A stretch of DNA of 64,000 nt from Eledone cirrhosa. Lineage: Eukaryota. The stretch lies in the NCBI GenBank assembly GCA_964016885.1, contig OZ024741.1:283030001-283094000 (forward strand), written 5' to 3'. The notes below the pieces were generated by a model. It worked only from the letters and a program-made list of their open reading frames with translations, searched no databases and had not been told where the DNA came from. Positions within the stretch are counted from its first letter, which is position 1. Each line of letters opens with the position of its first letter. Below, in pieces: positions 1-64,000 of the stretch. The position numbers and the translations under genes were made by a program.

Positions 1-216
1 GTTAGATTTTACAGGCAAAATCAACTGGCAGGAGACCCAGGAGTAGACTCCAAGCAAGATGGCTGGATAACATCCATGAGCTCAGCTGGTGTCACTTGGG
101 GATCCAGCTGGATCAATTGGAGACAGCTGCTTCTGACAGGAGCCACTGGAAGGTGTGCTTGAGGACTGCCTCCATGAATTTCCAAGGAATAAATGGGTAG
201 AATAAGAAAAGAAGAT
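1..216 (+). mobile_element. 3' end of RTE-type LINE with GAA-rich tail
   Basis: Homologous to the minus-strand copy at 58725-58870 (GRPRARWLNNIHELSW...DRSHWKVCLR) and ends in AAGAAAAGAAGA. Confidence 0.65.
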
Positions 217-403
217 GTATGATGAGAATTGACTGGAAGATAAGCAGCAACAATTTTAGAAACTATGATAACAATTTTAGCAGTTTTATCACATAATTTT
301 AGGAAAGAAAGTATTATATTTTAATAGCATGAAACAACACTCAGAGAAGACAACATCTACAGCACGATAAATCTCAAGACACAAACACCTTCCTTTAAAA
401 TTA

Positions 404-676
404 TCTATGAGGATGTCTGTCTGTGTGTGTGTGTGTGTGAGTTCGAATCCCTAAAACTCGAGAACCAACCAACCGACTGTTTTCAAACTTTACACATGTA
501 ATACTTATGTTTCAGGGAGTGTTCTGAGCAAAATTTTCAATGCCCTAGGGACCGATTAGGCGATCTCTCTCTATAATTCTTAGTCTTTCTCTTTTTAGAT
601 AGATACATACATATAACGTCGCGCCCTTAGAATATATGTCTGTATGTCTGTATTACGTCACTTCCTTGAGGATGTC

Positions 677-717
<41 letters not shown>

Positions 718-1306
718 CTGTGAGTTTGAATCCCTAAAACTCGAGAAATTCCCAACCGATGTTTTTCAAACTTTACATGTGTATTACTTATGTTTCAGGG
801 AGTGTTATGCACATAAAAAATTCAGCTTTTTTTTTTTTATCTCCTAGGGCCCGCATTAGGTGAAAAACTGCGTTTTTTAAACATTTTTAGGGGTTTTTTG
901 AGGCGTTACGTCAGACCGATTTCCTTAAAATTGTAACTATGTATTAGTCAGTCTCTTCTTCATACTGTAAGCAAAAAAAATCCAACTTTCTTAGGTGAAA
1001 ACCTTCATTTTTTCAGCTTCTTAGGGCTTTTTGGAGGCGTTACGTCTAGCCGATTTTCCCGAAATTTCAAGGCATATTATGCACATAAAAAAAATTCATT
1101 TTCTTTATCCCTAGGGCCCGCATTAGGTGAAAACCTGCATTTTTCCTGCTTCATCGAGGAAAATCTTAAAGATTATCCAGCCATCAGAGTATTCGGTTTA
1201 TTTTCTTTACATATTGTCCAGGCATGCAGTTTTTCCACGATTAGGTCTGTTGGCGGCCCGCGTTCCAAAATACCTTATCCCGTGCAACGCCGGATACCAC
1301 TGCTAG
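404..1306 (+). mobile_element. Non-autonomous Helitron
   Basis: A|TC 5' end at 404, a (GTCT)(GT)n block present twice (409-530 and 668-800), subterminal CCGTGCAACGCCGG hairpin and CTAG|T 3' end at 1306, no TSD. Confidence 0.75.
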
Positions 1307-1685
1307 TAAAAAATATTTTTAAAAATAGATCACAAATGGATAATATCAATTTATTTTTCATGGGAGAAACTCTTTGAAATAGTTACAAACTAAAAGACGG
1401 CAGTAATAACAATTGTACCTAAGGATTTTAATTTAAATAATAGATTCGTCACTTTTCATAAGAAATTTCTTATTCTATTATTTTATGATGTAATTACAAG
1501 ATATATATCTTTTTATTTTCAACCACCTGTAACTATTCAATTATATGCGGTGGGAATATTTTATTTTCTATTTTCCAATTGCATTGGGAGGATACAATGA
1601 AAAGAAGGATTGGTATTTCAGATTGTAAAATGACTTGGCATTCAGCAATCAAGATTTCACATATTTATGCTGATGCTTTGAACAC

Positions 1686-1722
1686 TATAAAAGGCCACTT
1701 GTACATAACCTATCTGTCATTT
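1686..1722 (+). promoter_or_regulatory. Putative core promoter (TATA box plus initiator) of the Pif-like gene
   Basis: TATAAAA at 1686-1692 and Inr-like TCATTT at 1717-1722 (A at 1719, 33 nt after the first T), about 115 nt upstream of the ATG at 1836. A pyrimidine tract ending in CAG at about 1751 leaves open an upstream non-coding exon instead. Confidence 0.45.
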
Positions 1723-1835
1723 GGAGAAAAGTTTTTCTTTCCTGTTTACAGAATTCAGAAAGCTTGAAAGCTGATTTGAAGGAAAAGTTTTTTTAGAAAA
1801 CAATCAAACGAAAGCAAGAGCACCATCATATCAAC

Positions 1836-59353
<57,518 letters not shown>

Positions 59354-59385
59354 GTAAATAGTTTTAACTTTTTTCCTAATAAATT

Positions 59386-59711
59386 ATAAAAATATTGATT
59401 GAAGATCACTTCCACATAAAATATTGATTGATAAAGATCACTTCCACATAAAATATTGACTGGCAAAGACCACTTCCACATAAAATGTTGATTGATAAAG
59501 ATCACTTCCACATAAAATATTGACTGGCAAAGACCACTTCCACATAAAATATTGATTGATAAAGATCACTTCCACATAAAATATTGACTGGCAAAGACCA
59601 CTTCCACATAAAATATTGATTGATAAAGATCACTTCCACATAAAATATTGACTGGCAAAGACCACTTCCACATAAAATGTTGATTGATAAAGATCACTTC
59701 CACATAAAATT
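59386..59711. repeat. 32-bp minisatellite, about 10 units, alternating A/B variants (64-bp higher-order unit)
   Basis: CACTTCCACATAAAATATTG followed alternately by ATTGATAAAGAT or ACTGGCAAAGAC. Confidence 0.92.
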
Positions 59712-60261
59712 AGTTAATAAAAAATAAGATACTTTAAGGCAAAGGTTCTCAACGGGGGGCATATGCACCCCCGGGTGGCGTTTTGGAACTCTAGGAGAGC
59801 GTTTGGGAGCAAGGTCGCGTTAGGGCGGCGTTTGGAGCTGGGGGAGGGGGTTAGGGGGGCGCTGGGTTTTTCCATTTTTAGGATCTCAATTACCGGTTAA
59901 CGTCTCAATTACCGGATATGCCTGCACACCTGCTCACAGCTGCGGTTTGAATGAGCTTGCAGACAGCATAACTATAGTCTGACTGCAGGTGTGAGCAGGT
60001 GTGCAGGCATGTCCGGTAATTGAGACGTTAACCGGTAATTGAGATCCTAAAAATGGAAAAACCCACAGTCATCTGGGTTGAAGGACACTTTGAGAGCAGA
60101 CAGTTAGAATCTTATTTTTCCTTCACCGATAACAATGTATTTCATGTCTGAAATTATTGACTCAACCGTAACGAGTTAATACTATGTAGATCTATTTTAT
60201 TCCCTATTGTATAAATAATATTACAAATAAAAAAAAGAAAAGAAAAAAACAGAAGCGAGTA

Positions 60262-60431
60262 GAACACACATCTAGGACCACATACAACACATAATCAGAT
60301 AATACACACATCTAGGACAACATATAACACATAAGCAGGTAATACACACATCTAGGACCACATACAACACATAATCAGGTAGTACACACATCTAAGACCA
60401 CATATAATACATAATCAGATAATACACACAT
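60262..60431. repeat. 40-bp tandem repeat, 4 units
   Basis: ACACACATCTAGGACCACATACAACACATAATCAGATAAT repeated. Confidence 0.88.
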
Positions 60432-60934
60432 GTTTGGAATATTGTTAATCAATTTTTTAGTAATCTACTGATATAAAAATCAGTAGTATATTCAAATTTC
60501 AGGTTTTGTTTCCATATCTGGAAGGTTTTCTCTAATCCTGCCATGGATTTGTAGTGCCCTACATTCTGATGGCTCTTGAATACATTCTCCATACGTTGTT
60601 TGGCTCAGTTCAGCCAATCGCTACCAGCATAGGGAGATGTATTTCAACTTCCGCCGAAAGGGAAAAATTCCCGCTTCTATTCGAAAATCTCTCTTGCAGC
60701 TCGACACCATATAGGTAAACATCTCTTGCTTTCGTTCCTCAAGCATAGACAATATGTAGCAACAAATATCACTACGGGTCTGGCTAACGCCTCAGCCAGT
60801 TGACCGTACCTCCTTAAACTCTTAATTTGTCTATTCATTTTATTATGGCATGCCAGCTAAACCTTTGTAATCTGTTTGTAAATAAATTATATATTATAAA
60901 CATTATAAAGTGGTATGATGCTATTTTCCACAAC

Positions 60935-61795
60935 AGAGAGCTTATACCACTATCGGCCACTAAAGGGTTCTCTCTAAAATTGAAAGGCAGGCTGTATGAT
61001 GCCTGCATACGAACAGCAATGTTACATGGCAGTGAGATCTGGGCATTGTGTGCAGAGGATATATGCAGACTGGAGAGGAACGAAGCTTGCATGCTCTGCT
61101 GGATGTGCAATAGTAATATACGTGAACGGCAAAGCATAAATGAGCTAAGGGAGAAGTTAGGAATAAGAGGGATCAGATGTTGTTTACTCAAGAGAAGACT
61201 ATGTTGGTATGGTCACGTGATGCGTATGAAAGACGACAGCTGTATAAAAAAGTGCAGGGCGATAAAAATAGACGGTAGCCACGGAGTAGGCAGACCCAGA
61301 AAAACCTGGGACGACTTGATAAATTCCGACCTCACACACTTACACCTCTCCAAGACAATGTAACTGGACCGAGATCTTTGGCGCTACACAGTAATAGAGA
61401 AGACCCGCCTTGCCTAAGTACAAAGCGAAACCTACAGTCAGTAGGCACCTCTAACAAAAATACACCCCTGTCCCACTACCCCCACCCCATCCACACCACC
61501 CCCTTCAATGTGAAGTTATGTTGGTACCACAACATCCAGTCCGAAATAAATGAGGTCGTGTAGGTGTCACGACAAAAAAACACGCAGTCCACGCTGTAAT
61601 GTGGCCGTGTAGGTAACACGGTAAAAACCTCCCAGTCCACACTGCAAACGTGGGTGGTGTTAGGAAGGGCATCCAGCTGTAGAAAACCCGCCAGACAGTC
61701 CTATACAAGCAGGACAACCAATCTTGCCTCAAGTGGGAAAACTCCCGTCCAAACCCATGCAAGCGTGGAAGATGGACGTTAAACGATGATGATTA
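60935..61795 (+). mobile_element. RTE LINE 3' fragment nested in the hAT element
   Basis: KGRLYDACIRTAMLHGSE...GRPRKTWDDLI plus UTR and GAT tail. Confidence 0.9.
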
Positions 61796-64000
61796 TTGCT
61801 TTTAACATCTTCAATGGTGACTTCTGTGATACAATACACAAATACACACATTCTCAACACATATATATCATCTATTAACTTCCCCCATTGATGTTATTTC
61901 TAAAGATTCAGCTATGAGAACTAGATCATTTGCATATAGAAGTTCCTGTGGGTAACCAGTCATAACTCCTCTTTTATGGTCTGGAAGACTCTAATAAACA
62001 GGAGGAAGCTGAGGACTAAACTTTGGTGGACTCCTATTTGCATGCTAATTTCATTGCTGATTTCATTTTTAACCATAACTTTTCTGACAGCATCTTTATT
62101 CATCACCTGTCACAAGCCATTCATCTATCCCTTGTTTTGAAAGAGTCCATCAGATTACATTGTAACTGTTTTTTCCTGGTCTCTTAGGTTAAGCTGAATG
62201 ATCATGGGCTCTTTTTACTGATTTTGATCATGTAGATAGCATGTTTCACATTTTCTGATTTCGGGATTTCGAGGGACAAAAGGGGGCGTTTGGCCTAAAT
62301 GGGTTGAGAACCTGTGCTTTAAGGTATGAGCATGGCCAAGTAAATAATGGGCCAACTTCAAACTGTAATGTTACAAGTTTGTATTCCATCAGTTTTTCTA
62401 TGAGAAGTGCAGCTAATCGAGTCATTAGGTTGTTAGTTAGCTAGCCAGTTGAAGAAAAGGTCAATGTTTTTTTTACATACGCTTCAATGCAGGATTAAAT
62501 TAACCATTAAGTAAACTGTGCACATGCTTAAGGCATCTTTATTCAAATTAAATGTATTTGTCATTTCAACAAAATACTTTTTTTGGCAACTATATATATA
62601 AAAATTGGGATTATCACTCCTGATTACCGTTGCTTAGATGCATTACCAGCCAGAGAATAAGGCTTTTATCATCTTCAGCCGAATTTCATCCTTCCCAGCA
62701 GCTTTGTCAAATTTGAACTCTTTAATTGCTATTTTGACCTCAGCCTATGAGAGATAAGTCACCGCTCCCAGATGCACCTCATGTACATCAGAAGATGCTG
62801 TTGTGACTGGGTTTAGGAGGTCAGCAAAGTATTTTCTCCTCCTTGTGAGGATCTCTTTGAAGAGAGAACCCCTGATGCATTCTTGATAGCAGGAGTGGAG
62901 GAGGACTTCTTATTATGAAGTTGGCACTTTTGACAGGACCTGTTAGAAAATGTACTTGAGGACTCTGCCCCACAACCCTTCCAGGAATAAGTGGGCACAG
63001 AAGAAAAAGGAGGAGGAGGAGACCATCCCTACATATATATTTTTAATTTCTTAGCAAAATTTATATTTTGGGCTACTTTTTAACATTATCTGCTACTTTC
63101 TATGAAATTGATTTGGTAGTCTTGTATTGATGATGTAATAGAAACTAATGAATAGCAGCTGGATGACTCAATAATGAAAGTTCTCTTCAACCCTTTTGAT
63201 ACAAAACTGCTTGAAACTTCCCTCGGTTTCATCATCACCATCACCATTTAATGTTCATTTTCGATGATAGCATGGGTTAGACGAGTTGTCCCGTTGTCAG
63301 ATCAGATGATCATATCTTGCTCATATAGAACTGTTTCTGACTTGGCTAGATACTCTTCCTAATGCTAACCATATTTACAGTGTGGACTAGATGCTTTTTA
63401 TCATGGCGTCAATCAAAATGACCAACTGACAAGTTAGACTGGGTACTTTTCCATTGTGTCACCAGCATAGACCACTTACAGTGAGGACCTTGTGCCTTTT
63501 GTCGTCTTTTGTGCTTATGATACCAAATTGCTAATTCTTAAATGTCTGCCCTCATATTAAAATTTTACAAATTTTTGGTATGTAAGGCTCTAAATATTAG
63601 CTTACCAATGAAAATCTTTGGGTTTTTCTCAAAATCAAATGAAACAAATAGGAAGCATTTTATAGAGTTAAATGTTTTTATAGTTAATATGAAGCATTGC
63701 GAGATATGTAATAAATGATTGATAATTATTTCGGAAAGCCAGTACTTATATAAAGGGCAAAGGATGACAAATAAAACAAAGCCAAGTAATGTTTTCCTTA
63801 CCCAGTATATTTCAACATAATATTTCAGGGTTATAAGCCTCTTTTCAAAAGCAAAAACAAAAAATGATGCAAAACAAAAATGAACGATGTGTTTTTCCCT
63901 AACTGGTTCATGCAGCTCAAATCTATTATTAATTTGTGGCTTTTGTGTACTGGTAAATAGAGCCTCTTTAATTCTTAAATTCCTTGCATTCCGTTCTATT

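Larger units (their letters stand above)
59740..62316. mobile_element. Non-autonomous hAT (Charlie-like) element with nested insertions
   Basis: TIRs CAAAGGTTCTCAAC / GTTGAGAACCTGTG and perfect 8-bp TSD CTTTAAGG at 59732-59739 and 62317-62324. A similar lone 5' end lies at 25020. Confidence 0.88.

Noticed and set aside
59386-59711. CRISPR-like regular spacing
   Set aside because: The units are contiguous with only two alternating variants and no unique spacers; the context is eukaryotic with no cas genes.
63800-63885. Candidate last exon after TATTTCAG or CCCAG
   Set aside because: Phase-1 reading gives an immediate stop or non-LamG sequence; the true C-terminal exon is probably beyond the window.

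Overview
AT-rich, repeat-dense eukaryotic DNA. The SINE/RTE/R4-Dong repeat set and long (TA)n/(CAT)n tracts suggest an octopod cephalopod, which is an inference. One host gene spans almost the whole window on the + strand. Seven GT-AG exons (1836-59353) splice in frame to about 375 aa: signal peptide, two chitin-binding type-2 (peritrophin-A)-like modules, two 4-Cys modules, then a laminin-G/ConA-like domain that continues past the window. This is a VWA-less Pif-like/LamG3 matrix protein. The introns are filled with RTE, CR1, L1/Tx1 and R4/Dong-type LINEs, tRNA-derived SINEs, non-autonomous Helitrons, hAT elements and fold-back elements. Highlights: (1) a complete C4HC3 PHD-like finger inserted in frame inside the RT domain of the dominant RTE family; (2) several minimal type-I hammerhead ribozymes in sense orientation, two identical ones placed 3656 nt apart by a tandem duplication; (3) a 25.5-kb intron 5 whose duplication history can be read from filled/empty insertion sites and a chimeric LINE crossover. 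All calls are by eye; no database search was run.
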